Shown here: positions 26,697 to 34,028 of the stretch, in pieces
How the letters are laid out: each line of letters starts with the position of its first letter
Position numbering within the stretch: the first letter of the stretch is position 1
NCBI GenBank assembly: GCA_022563395.1
Contig: JADFNM010000001.1
Coordinates: 590,342-654,341 of the forward strand
From: Patescibacteria group bacterium
GTDB taxonomy: Bacteria > Patescibacteriota > Minisyncoccia > Minisyncoccales > UBA10102
Length of the DNA stretch: 64,000 nt
Direction of reading: 5' to 3'
Program-made: the position numbers and the translations under genes
The notes under the pieces: generated by a model
What the model saw: the letters and a program-made list of their open reading frames with translations, nothing else
Told to the model about the DNA's origin: nothing
Database searches by the model: none

Positions 26697-27329
26697 ATGA
26701 AGAAGACTATCTTGGTTCTTTTTGGAGGTACAGCTATTATTGTAGGTGGACTCTTTGTGTACGATAGTTATATTGTTGATCAGAGACAGGATAAGGAAGA
26801 AAGGATCCAGGAAAGTTTAACACAAGAGATAGTGAAGGATCTTGGTATTAATATCGCAGACTGGCAAACCTACCGCAACGACGAGTTCGGATTCCAGATG
26901 AAATATCCTGAAGAATGGGAGGTGAAAGAATTTGAGACAAAAATTGATATTGGTATTTTTGGATTGCCTAAACATTATTTCGTTACTGTATCTAAAAGCG
27001 AAAACCCAGAAGGTCTAAATGGTAAACAATATGCTCAACAATGGCTAAGGAGGTTAATTCGTACTCTTCCAGAACAGACAATTATATCAACAAGCACTGA
27101 GGCGATTGAGGTAGGTGGATATGGTGGGTCTATAGTTCGAGATTTTCATATAGAGATAGAAGATGAGCCAAACCTTGATGTGATTTTCGTAGTCTTACCT
27201 GATCAAGAACTAATCTACCAAATCCAATTCCCAATAGGTGAAGGGCAATTAAGCAAGCGTATTCTAGATCCTGAAAAAAATTACAGAACTGCAAATCAAA
27301 TCCTCTCTACGTTTCAGTTTATTAAATAG
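26697..27329 (+). CDS. Cassette 3: secreted/anchored protein with ADWQTYRN-EFGF-KYP-W motif
   Basis: The ATG at 26697 gives MKKTILVLFGGTAIIVGG (TM). The motif ADWQTYRNDEFGFQMKYPEEWEV is shared with cassette 5. The track start at 26544 runs through J2 and is rejected. Confidence 0.7.
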   Translation: MKKTILVLFGGTAIIVGGLFVYDSYIVDQRQDKEERIQESLTQEIVKDLGINIADWQTYRNDEFGFQMKYPEEWEVKEFETKIDIGIFGLPKHYFVTVSKSENPEGLNGKQYAQQWLRRLIRTLPEQTIISTSTEAIEVGGYGGSIVRDFHIEIEDEPNLDVIFVVLPDQELIYQIQFPIGEGQLSKRILDPEKNYRTANQILSTFQFIK

Positions 27330-27330
27330 A

Positions 27331-27430
27331 AGCAGGTTCTAATAATCCTCCGACTTGTTTTAACACAGACTCAGGATATTTGATTTCTTCTATCCACCTA
27401 AAAGTTCGAAAATCGTCCCACCCGCGGAGC
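27331..27430 (+). repeat. Junction repeat J3 (left motif plus a second degenerate unit, no hairpin)
   Basis: AGCAGGTTCTAAT..., about 60 nt, then ...AAAAGTTCGAAAATCGTCCCACCCGCGGAGC. Confidence 0.65.
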
Positions 27431-27434
27431 AATC

Positions 27435-27463
27435 TTGACAATATCACAAAAATGTGGTATTGT
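27435..27463 (+). promoter_or_regulatory. Promoter of the cassette 4 small ORF
   Basis: TTGACA, 17-nt spacer, TGgTATTGT (extended -10). A TAAGGAG Shine-Dalgarno lies before the ATG at 27500. Confidence 0.55.
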
Positions 27464-27499
27464 TTTAGTAGACTGAATTTGTACAGTAAGGAGCTAAGG

Positions 27500-27679
27500 A
27501 TGGCAAAGAAGATTGTTGTAATTCAGCGTGGTGACCCAGGCTACACAGACTGGTATGCTTCCACAGAGGAGGGGGGAGGAATTGGAGCGGGAAGCAATGG
27601 TAGTACAGCAGCAGAGGCAGTTGGGAATCTTATACTCAACCATTCTAAGCTGTTCGACTGTGAAGTCGAAATCAAATAG
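27500..27679 (+). CDS. Cassette 4: small hypothetical protein (59 aa)
   Basis: MAKKIVVIQRGDPGYTDWYAST..., preceded by TAAGGAG. The track ORF start at 27380 runs through J3 and is rejected. Confidence 0.5.
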   Translation: MAKKIVVIQRGDPGYTDWYASTEEGGGIGAGSNGSTAAEAVGNLILNHSKLFDCEVEIK

Positions 27680-27742
27680 TCCCGTAGCAGAAAAGTTCCA
27701 TTAGGTTCAATTCTGTATGGGACTTTTCTGTTAGGAAAATAT

Positions 27743-27890
27743 AAAACAGGTTCTAACATCGTCTCGTCAGTAGGACCATTTCTCGATTTAAACCAGCCAT
27801 ATATTCTGAGTCCTCTAAAAGTATAATAAGCTTTGGACTGGGGAGCTCGTAAAGTTGAATCAAAGAATCGTCAAACAGGCGGTTTTTTGG
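27743..27890 (+). repeat. Junction repeat J4 (long form, 96 nt between AAC and GTT)
   Basis: The left part is AAAACAGGTTCTAACATCGTCTCGTCAGTAGG. After a variable centre, the right part GGGGAGCTCGTAAAGTTGAATCAAAGAATCGTCaaacaGGCGGTTTTTTGG is identical to J1. Confidence 0.85.
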
Positions 27891-27902
27891 TAGAATATAT
27901 CC

Positions 27903-29792
27903 ATGCAAAAGAATGATTTTGAACACACTCAACGAGAAACATCCGAGCCCACTTCTTTGGGCTGGAAGAGTGCTTGGAAGGTTACAAAGGAGGTATATAT
28001 ATGGATCATTGGAGTTAATCTCCTTCTCCTATTGTTCAGTGTGGTATTTGGGGGTGTGCTCGATCCATTACTCGCATTGCTTTCTATAGTTTTGCCGATT
28101 GCTGGTATTGTTGTTGGAATCAAAAAATCATTTCCTCAGGCACAGAGAGGATTTCCAATCTTCCGTACAGCCTTTCTTATTGGAGTAATACCACTGGCTG
28201 CATTGTTTTTGTTTGGGCTATGGGCTATTCTCATAAATCTAGATCATCTAAGAACAAATGGTCTAGCAGCAGTTGTCCTATTGGTTGGACAAATTTCTGA
28301 GTTTGCTTCCATAGGACTTTTCTCTTCCTTGGTTTTTGGTACTGTATCCTACTTTGTTCTCTTAAAGAAAAGAATTTCCACGGATACCTCTTTTAAATCT
28401 ACATCTTTAAAATTTCTCGGATTATTTTTTCTCTTACTATTTATTTATATTTTCATAGGAGCAGTGTTTGCTTCTCTTCTTTTCATAACTTCTGCAGCTT
28501 GGTCTAAAGATAGCAAGTCTCAAGAAAATATATCAGAAGTTGAAATTAGCAAGCAAGATGAAACAGCCGATTGGCAAACTTACCGAAACGAAGAGTTTGG
28601 GTTTGAAATAAAATATCCTGATCAATGGGGAATAAGAGAGACAGGCGATGGTTCTTTTGAAATTTATATTCAACAAACAGGTGTAAGTGATATTGGCTCA
28701 ATAGTCTTTACAGGAGATTCAAATATCGATACAGCAATACAAAACCATCTGGCAAGGTATGTTGTTGGAACGCTAATTCAGAGAGAGGAAAATATAAGCT
28801 TGGATGGGAAATATGGAAAGCTTGTATATCAAAATACAGGTGGACGGGATTTGCAGGAGGATGATTTGAGTAAATGGTACTTTGTTGTAAATAATGGACA
28901 AATACTTAAACTTGGTCTTTATTTCCGCCCAAAAGGTTATGACTATGATGAATTATTTGATTTAATGCTCTCCACGTTTCGGTTCATTGAAAATGCGAGG
29001 GTAACTCTACCAACTACTTGTAAAGACGAATTAGATGGGGTTCCTGTTATTACTTCAATCTCACCAGCTTCTGGGTTAGTAGGTACAGAGGTTGAAATCA
29101 GAGGATGTAATCTTGGAGGATTTGAAGGTGACCTCGATGCTGTATTTGTACGGAGCGACGGGGAAGAAATCCCGCTTTATGGTGGAACATGGTATCCAGG
29201 ATATGGGGGAGCAGAACCAGGAAAACTTATCAAGATAATTGTACGGCCATACTGTGAATCTGGCTCTGTAACTGGACGTTATTCTGGAATTACCTCACCA
29301 TGCGAAACAGTAAATGTAACCCCAGGTACGTACAAAGTTTATACAGAAGCTTGGGGGAAGAAGAGCAATGAAGCTCTTTTTATTATTAAGTCTTCAGAGA
29401 ATATGCAAACGATTAAACTTTATTATTATAATGAAGAACATGATCCTAACTTTGATTGTATAGCTGAAGCAGTTATTTCGGTTGAGCGAGAGATTCCTAT
29501 AACAAATACACCCATTCAAGATACAGTCAAACTTCTTATAGAAGGAAAATTAACAGTAGAAGAAAAAGCCGCCGGATTTTCAACAGAGTTTCCTCACCCA
29601 GATTTCGAACTTCTTGGTGCAAACCTTACAGATGATGGAATTTTGACATTAGACTTTCCAGAAGTCTTTGGATTTACTAGTGGAGGATCATGTAGGGTTG
29701 GTATATTGAATGCAGAGATCGAAAAAACAGTTAAACAATTCTCACAAGTTAAAGAAGTTAAGTACACAAACATAGGGATATTTCAGCCATAA
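27903..29792 (+). CDS. Cassette 5: polytopic membrane protein with extracytoplasmic ADWQTYRN-motif, IPT/TIG-like and GerMN-like domains
   Basis: 629 aa with about 5-6 N-terminal TM helices and ADWQTYRNEEFGFEIKYPDQW. PVITSISPASGLVGTEVEIRGCNLGGF is IPT/TIG-like. C-terminal IKLYYYNE...IPITNTPIQDTVKLLIEG is GerMN-like. Confidence 0.7.
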   Translation: MQKNDFEHTQRETSEPTSLGWKSAWKVTKEVYIWIIGVNLLLLLFSVVFGGVLDPLLALLSIVLPIAGIVVGIKKSFPQAQRGFPIFRTAFLIGVIPLAALFLFGLWAILINLDHLRTNGLAAVVLLVGQISEFASIGLFSSLVFGTVSYFVLLKKRISTDTSFKSTSLKFLGLFFLLLFIYIFIGAVFASLLFITSAAWSKDSKSQENISEVEISKQDETADWQTYRNEEFGFEIKYPDQWGIRETGDGSFEIYIQQTGVSDIGSIVFTGDSNIDTAIQNHLARYVVGTLIQREENISLDGKYGKLVYQNTGGRDLQEDDLSKWYFVVNNGQILKLGLYFRPKGYDYDELFDLMLSTFRFIENARVTLPTTCKDELDGVPVITSISPASGLVGTEVEIRGCNLGGFEGDLDAVFVRSDGEEIPLYGGTWYPGYGGAEPGKLIKIIVRPYCESGSVTGRYSGITSPCETVNVTPGTYKVYTEAWGKKSNEALFIIKSSENMQTIKLYYYNEEHDPNFDCIAEAVISVEREIPITNTPIQDTVKLLIEGKLTVEEKAAGFSTEFPHPDFELLGANLTDDGILTLDFPEVFGFTSGGSCRVGILNAEIEKTVKQFSQVKEVKYTNIGIFQP

Positions 29793-29820
29793 AAATTGCA
29801 AAGCGAACAATATTTCAGCA

Positions 29821-29981
29821 AAAACAGGTTCTAACTTCGTCCAGTAGCCCCCAGCAATTCCTCCATTTCTTTCATTTCATTCTTAATATTTACCCAATCA
29901 AGAGTTCTAAACTCGTTCAATAGGGGGATTTGATTAGCCTTATTATACTTTTTCAAGAATCGCCACGGAGGCGGTTTTTTG
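29821..29981 (+). repeat. Junction repeat J5 (long form with a tandem degenerate unit)
   Basis: AAAACAGGTTCTAACTTCGTCCAGTAGCCCCC..., then ...AGAGTTCTAAACTCGTTCAATAGGGGGA..., then ...AAGAATCGCCacggaGGCGGTTTTTTG. Confidence 0.75.
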
Positions 29982-29994
29982 ATAAGGTAGAAAT

Positions 29995-30213
29995 ATGGGA
30001 ACTTTGATAACCATTAAAACCTACCCAGATAGGACAGAGGCAGAACTTGTAAAAGGAGTTCTTGAGTCAAAAGGTATCAAAGCTATGGTTTCTGCAGATG
30101 ATGCTGGCGGGATGAATCCCGCCCTCTTATGGGCCACAGGGGGAGTGCGCTTACTCGTTAAGAAGAAAGATATTCAGATGGCAACTGAGGTTTTAGAAAG
30201 TTTTAGTAAGTAG
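29995..30213 (+). CDS. Cassette 6: DUF2007-like small protein (putative signal-transducing fold)
   Basis: 72 aa. The pattern ...TEAELVKGVLESKGIKAMVSADD...GGVRLLVKKKDIQMATEVL matches the DUF2007 family layout as I recall it. Confidence 0.55.
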   Translation: MGTLITIKTYPDRTEAELVKGVLESKGIKAMVSADDAGGMNPALLWATGGVRLLVKKKDIQMATEVLESFSK

Positions 30214-30223
30214 ATAAATCCAC

Positions 30224-30250
30224 GAAACAGGTTTTAACTTCGTTCCATAG
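30224..30250 (+). repeat. Junction repeat J6 (left motif only)
   Basis: GAAACAGGTTTTAACTTCGTTCCATAG. The right half and hairpin are absent. Confidence 0.55.
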
Positions 30251-30334
30251 ACGACTCAAGGCGATATTGTTCTTTCAAGAAGTGTGTAGTATCATTTAAT
30301 ATAGTCATAATTCCTTAATCTAATACAATACAAG

Positions 30335-31348
30335 ATGAATAAAATCATTGTAGTTATACTTGTGGTGGTGGCAGCGATATTGCTCATCAGTACTATTACG
30401 GGGTCACCAACTGAGTCTCTTACTAAGACAACGTATGCCTCTATTCCTGATTCAGCTTTTGGGCCAGTTATTCCAGAAAAAGGATACCGCGTTGAAGAAA
30501 TAGGCGATGGCCTTTACTGGGTAACTGAAGGAGTCTACCATATGATGTTTTTAACAACTGGAGAAGGGGTTATCGTTGTTGATGCTCCGCCATCCATTGG
30601 AGAAAATATATTGAAAGCCATTGCAGAAACAACTGACGAACCCATAACTCATGTTATTTACAGTCACTCGCATGCAGATCATATCGCTGCAGCAAGTATG
30701 TACCCAGAAAATGCAATATATATTGCTCATGAAGAAACTGCTTTGAGATTAGCTCAAGATAGACCTTTTGAATTTGGTTTGTTTGTGGGAGGCTCTGATG
30801 TTCCAGATCCTACGGTAACCTTCTCAGACACCTATACATTAACTGTCGGCACGCAAACATTAGAGCTCGAGTACAAAGGACCTGCCCATAGACCAGGCAA
30901 TATCTTTATCTATGCTCCTCAGCAAAAAGTGTTGATGTTTATTGATGTTATCTTCCCCGGATGGACACCGTTTAAATGGTTAGCCGTTGCGGAAGACGTG
31001 CCTGCCTTTGTTGATGCTCATGATTGGGTATTAAGCTATGACTTTGATGCATTAATCAGCGGGCATGTAGGACGTTTAGGAACAAGAGAAGATGTTGAAA
31101 TGCAAAAAGAGTATATCTTAGATACTCAAGCTAATGCAGCGAAAGCACTACAAACAGTTGATTTTAGTGCTATTGCGGCGGAAATTGGGTTTTCAAATGT
31201 ATGGTTACTATTTGACACCTATTTAAATGCTGTCAGCGAAGAATGCGCAAAACTAACAGAGGAAAAATGGGTAGATAGATTAGGTGCGGTTGATGTATTT
31301 ACCAAAAGTCATTGTGATAAGTTAGTTGAGAGCTTAAGAATTGATTAG
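30335..31348 (+). CDS. Cassette 7: secreted metallo-beta-lactamase-fold hydrolase
   Basis: 337 aa with an N-terminal TM/signal sequence. Has the HxHxDH motif in HVIYSHSHADHIAA. Confidence 0.8.
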   Translation: MNKIIVVILVVVAAILLISTITGSPTESLTKTTYASIPDSAFGPVIPEKGYRVEEIGDGLYWVTEGVYHMMFLTTGEGVIVVDAPPSIGENILKAIAETTDEPITHVIYSHSHADHIAAASMYPENAIYIAHEETALRLAQDRPFEFGLFVGGSDVPDPTVTFSDTYTLTVGTQTLELEYKGPAHRPGNIFIYAPQQKVLMFIDVIFPGWTPFKWLAVAEDVPAFVDAHDWVLSYDFDALISGHVGRLGTREDVEMQKEYILDTQANAAKALQTVDFSAIAAEIGFSNVWLLFDTYLNAVSEECAKLTEEKWVDRLGAVDVFTKSHCDKLVESLRID

Positions 31349-31425
31349 TCTTATGGGGCTAGTAATCCTCAAAATACTGTAATCATAGTTTAATTTTAAA
31401 AGCGTTGACTCTCTGTTTTATTGAG

Positions 31426-31500
31426 AAAACAGGTTCTAACGTCGTCCAGTAGGGGGGAGCTCGTAAAAGTGAACCAGAGAATCGCCAAGTAGGCGGTTTT
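31426..31500 (+). repeat. Junction repeat J7 (full short form)
   Basis: AAAACAGGTTCTAACGTCGTCCAGTAGGGGGGAGCTCGTAAAAGTGAACCAGAGAATCGCCaagtaGGCGGTTTT. The TGGTAGAGT box is displaced to 31524-31532. Confidence 0.8.
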
Positions 31501-31569
31501 GAGTTTACACTGAGTACTCGAAGTGGTAGAGTGAAGTAAAGAGTTTCTTAAACCAATATCTACACGTTT

Positions 31570-32502
31570 ATGAAAGCAGTTCAAATTAATAAATATGGCG
31601 ACAACAGTGTCGTTGAAGTCAATGAGAAAGCAGCCAAACCAGAGGTGTCTGCTGGTACAGTTTTAGTGGAAGTCCACGCCGCAAGCGTTAATCCTGTGGA
31701 CTGGAAAATCCGGGAAGGATATCTTAAAGAGATGATGCAGCTTGAGTTTCCAGCCACCCTGGGGGTTGATTTTTCAGGTGTAATAGCAGAGGTTGGTGAG
31801 AGTGTTTCCGGGTTTAAGCCAGGGGATGAAGTCTATGGCATGGCCAGCGCCATGACTGGCGGTTCGTTTGCTGAATTTATAATTGTACCATTTGCATCAG
31901 TAGCCCTTAAGCCAAAAAGCGTCTCGCATAGTGAGGCTGCGGCCGTCCCACTTACGGGATTAAGTGCGTTGCAAGTCTTAAAGGACCAGATGAATATTTC
32001 CAACGGACAAAAAGTACTAATTCATGGCGGTGCTGGTGGAATCGGCACGTTGGCAATTCAGATAGCAAAACAGCTTGGCGCTGAAGTTGCAACAACCGCA
32101 AGTAAAGAGGATAGTGACATTGTGAAAGAATTGGGTGCGGATACGGTTATTGATTATAAGAATGAAAAGTTTGAGGATATGGTGAAAGACTACGATGCGG
32201 TTTTTGACACTATCGGCGGTGAAACATATCAGCGATCATTTCAAGTACTCAAAAAGGGTGGAGTTATCGTTTCCATGGTCGAGAAGCCGAATGAAGAACT
32301 GATGAAGCAATACGAAGTTGAGGCGAAGATGCAATTTACTCAACCCAACGGCGCGCAGCTTGCAGAACTTGCCACCTTGGTTGATGAAGCGAAGATGAAA
32401 ATAAAGATTGACCGCGCATTTCCCTTGGATGCAGTAAAAGAAGCACTTGATTATTTACAAAACAGCCACCATCAAGGCAAGGTGGTGATTACTGTTAAAT
32501 AA
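31570..32502 (+). CDS. Cassette 8: NADPH:quinone oxidoreductase / MDR-family zinc-type dehydrogenase
   Basis: 310 aa. Has VLVEVHAASVNPVDWK, a GxGxxG-like cofactor loop (IHGGAGGIGTLAIQ) and C-terminal GKVVI. Confidence 0.85.
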   Translation: MKAVQINKYGDNSVVEVNEKAAKPEVSAGTVLVEVHAASVNPVDWKIREGYLKEMMQLEFPATLGVDFSGVIAEVGESVSGFKPGDEVYGMASAMTGGSFAEFIIVPFASVALKPKSVSHSEAAAVPLTGLSALQVLKDQMNISNGQKVLIHGGAGGIGTLAIQIAKQLGAEVATTASKEDSDIVKELGADTVIDYKNEKFEDMVKDYDAVFDTIGGETYQRSFQVLKKGGVIVSMVEKPNEELMKQYEVEAKMQFTQPNGAQLAELATLVDEAKMKIKIDRAFPLDAVKEALDYLQNSHHQGKVVITVK

Positions 32503-32534
32503 TAAGTAAGTTTTTTTGATTGTTATTTGCCTAT

Positions 32535-32612
32535 AAAACAGGTTCTAACGTCGTCCAGCAAGGGGAGCTCGTAAAGTTAAGCCAAAGAATCGCCATGCAG
32601 GCGATTTTTTGG
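32535..32612 (+). repeat. Junction repeat J8 (full short form)
   Basis: AAAACAGGTTCTAACGTCGTCCAGCAAGGGGAGCTCGTAAAGTTAAGCCAAAGAATCGCCatgcaGGCGATTTTTTGG. The G-to-A change in the 3' arm keeps the stem paired. Confidence 0.85.
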
Positions 32613-32624
32613 TAGCTTTAAGAT

Positions 32625-33053
32625 ATGCAGACTAAGCTTTTCTTGAAAGAAACGGTTCTTCTTACAAAGTCTTTTGATGCACATCAAGATTGGGAGGTTC
32701 CAATCCCCGGATTTTTTATAATTGCCTCAAAAGATACTACAAAAAAATCAATAGCTGAGTTTACAAGTGAAGAAGTAAAAGAGCTTGGTAGTGTAATCCA
32801 TAGAGTACGGGTGGGGATGCGAGAAGTATTAGACATAAAAGATGTATATCTATTACAGAACGAAGCTTCCAAACACGGGTTTCACGTCTGGATGTTTCCT
32901 CGTTATTCATGGATGGAGAAGTTTGGATGGAGCCCTAAGTCTATAGCTTTGATTATGGAACATGCAAACAAACACATGAAAACAGACGGTAATATTAAAG
33001 AAGTAAAGGATGCGGTTATTCGGGTAAGAGAATATCTTGAAAACAGGTCCTAG
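32625..33053 (+). CDS. Cassette 9: HIT-like fold protein
   Basis: 142 aa. Has a degenerate histidine-triad-like segment HGFHVWMFPR. The stop codon lies inside the J9 left motif (GAAAACAGGTCCTAG). Confidence 0.55.
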   Translation: MQTKLFLKETVLLTKSFDAHQDWEVPIPGFFIIASKDTTKKSIAEFTSEEVKELGSVIHRVRVGMREVLDIKDVYLLQNEASKHGFHVWMFPRYSWMEKFGWSPKSIALIMEHANKHMKTDGNIKEVKDAVIRVREYLENRS

Positions 33054-33156
33054 TATCATTTCACCAACAATTCTTCTATTTCTCTCATCAAGTTTTCAGG
33101 GTTTTCAATAGCTTCTATCCACCTAAAAGTTCTAAACATGTCCCATAGGGGGGAGC
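33039..33156 (+). repeat. Junction repeat J9 (terminal: left motif plus a second degenerate unit)
   Basis: GAAAACAGGTCCTAG..., about 70 nt, then ...AAAAGTTCTAAACATGTCCCATAGGGGGGAGCT. It abuts the palindrome at 33165. Confidence 0.7.
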
Positions 33157-33164
33157 TACTTCCG

Positions 33165-33205
33165 CTTAAACGAGATTTAAGCAGCACTGCTTAAATCTCG
33201 TTTAG
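33165..33205. repeat. P-family palindrome (array / LTD-module boundary)
   Basis: CTTAAACGAGATTTAAGCAGCACTGCTTAAATCTCGTTTAG followed by TTATCCACAGGTTTTCCTCAGCAGCTCTTTT. It is a direct repeat of 24385-24457. Confidence 0.85.
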
Positions 33206-33282
33206 TTATCCACAGGTTTTCCTCAGCAGCTCTTTTCAACCCAACTCAAAACCCTGTACAATAGAAAAGGTGTGTCGAATAC

Positions 33283-33321
33283 CTCCTTAATGAAATTAAG
33301 GATGCTTTAATTTCATTTAGG
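33283..33321. repeat. P-family palindrome upstream of the 33346 gene
   Basis: CTCCTTAATGAAATTAAGGATGCTTTAATTTCATTTAGG. This and the following ~35 nt are repeated at 38498-38552. Confidence 0.8.
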
Positions 33322-33345
33322 CACTATTAACCTTTTGGATTTTGT

Positions 33346-34008
33346 ATGCAAAAACAAGTGCTTATTATAGGGGCAATCCTTCTAGTGATTGTTATTGGAG
33401 GGATTTTTTTGTTGGTGAATCAAACAGAAACTAAATCTCGTTTAGGAGAACCTGAATACAGTACCACCCCAACCCAGTGGAGCCAAGCCGAAGATTACAA
33501 AATAGAAGAAACTCCCACCGGCACCGTTGTGGCGAACGAAAAAGCTGGCTTCAGCTTCAAAGTCCCTGAGGGGTGGAGTGTGGAAGGAGAGGAGGGGATT
33601 ACGGTAGGAGAATATGCACTTGTAATCCTTTCTTCTGAGGCAGAATTTGAAGAAGATCAGTATGGCAATAAAACTACATTTCTCAGAGGATGTGCTATTA
33701 GCTTAGAAACCTTATATCAGAAAGACGAGGTTGTTTCTGTCAAGAATTTAATTGATACTTATAATGAGAAACCCGAGGCAAAACCAGAAGACGAAAGCAT
33801 TATTATTGTTGATAATCAGTCAGCTCTTAGGGCGATTTTCGTACCAGAAGACCTAGAGATTTTAGAAAAAATCGGAGAGTTTATTCAAATACGAGTTCCA
33901 ATTTCTGAAGAAACTCTAATAGGGTTTGGGATAAGGATGAAGCCAGAATACAGATCTGATTGCATTGCTGAATTCGACAGCTTTATCTCAAGTTTCTCCA
34001 TTAACTGA
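33346..34008 (+). CDS. Secreted/anchored hypothetical protein
   Basis: 220 aa with an N-terminal TM helix (VLIIGAILLVIVIGGIFLLV). Contains a half P-family element in-frame (CTAAATCTCGTTTAGGAG encoding KSRLG) at 33431-33448. Confidence 0.65.
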   Translation: MQKQVLIIGAILLVIVIGGIFLLVNQTETKSRLGEPEYSTTPTQWSQAEDYKIEETPTGTVVANEKAGFSFKVPEGWSVEGEEGITVGEYALVILSSEAEFEEDQYGNKTTFLRGCAISLETLYQKDEVVSVKNLIDTYNEKPEAKPEDESIIIVDNQSALRAIFVPEDLEILEKIGEFIQIRVPISEETLIGFGIRMKPEYRSDCIAEFDSFISSFSIN

Positions 34009-34028
34009 GTATAATTTTGTATCTACTA

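Larger units (their letters stand above)
24500..33156 (+). mobile_element. Integron-like gene-cassette array (nine cassettes, ten junction repeats, no integrase in window)
   Basis: Conserved ~75-bp junctions J0-J9 separate nine unrelated + strand ORFs. Junction ends match the attC-type RYYYAAC/GTTRRRY pattern and have a variable centre. Adjacent cassettes differ sharply in base composition. Confidence 0.5.

Noticed and set aside
24500-33156. Regularly spaced repeats: CRISPR array?
   Set aside because: The units between repeats are 0.24-1.9 kb and contain full protein-coding genes. The repeats are about 75 bp with variable centres, and no cas genes are present.
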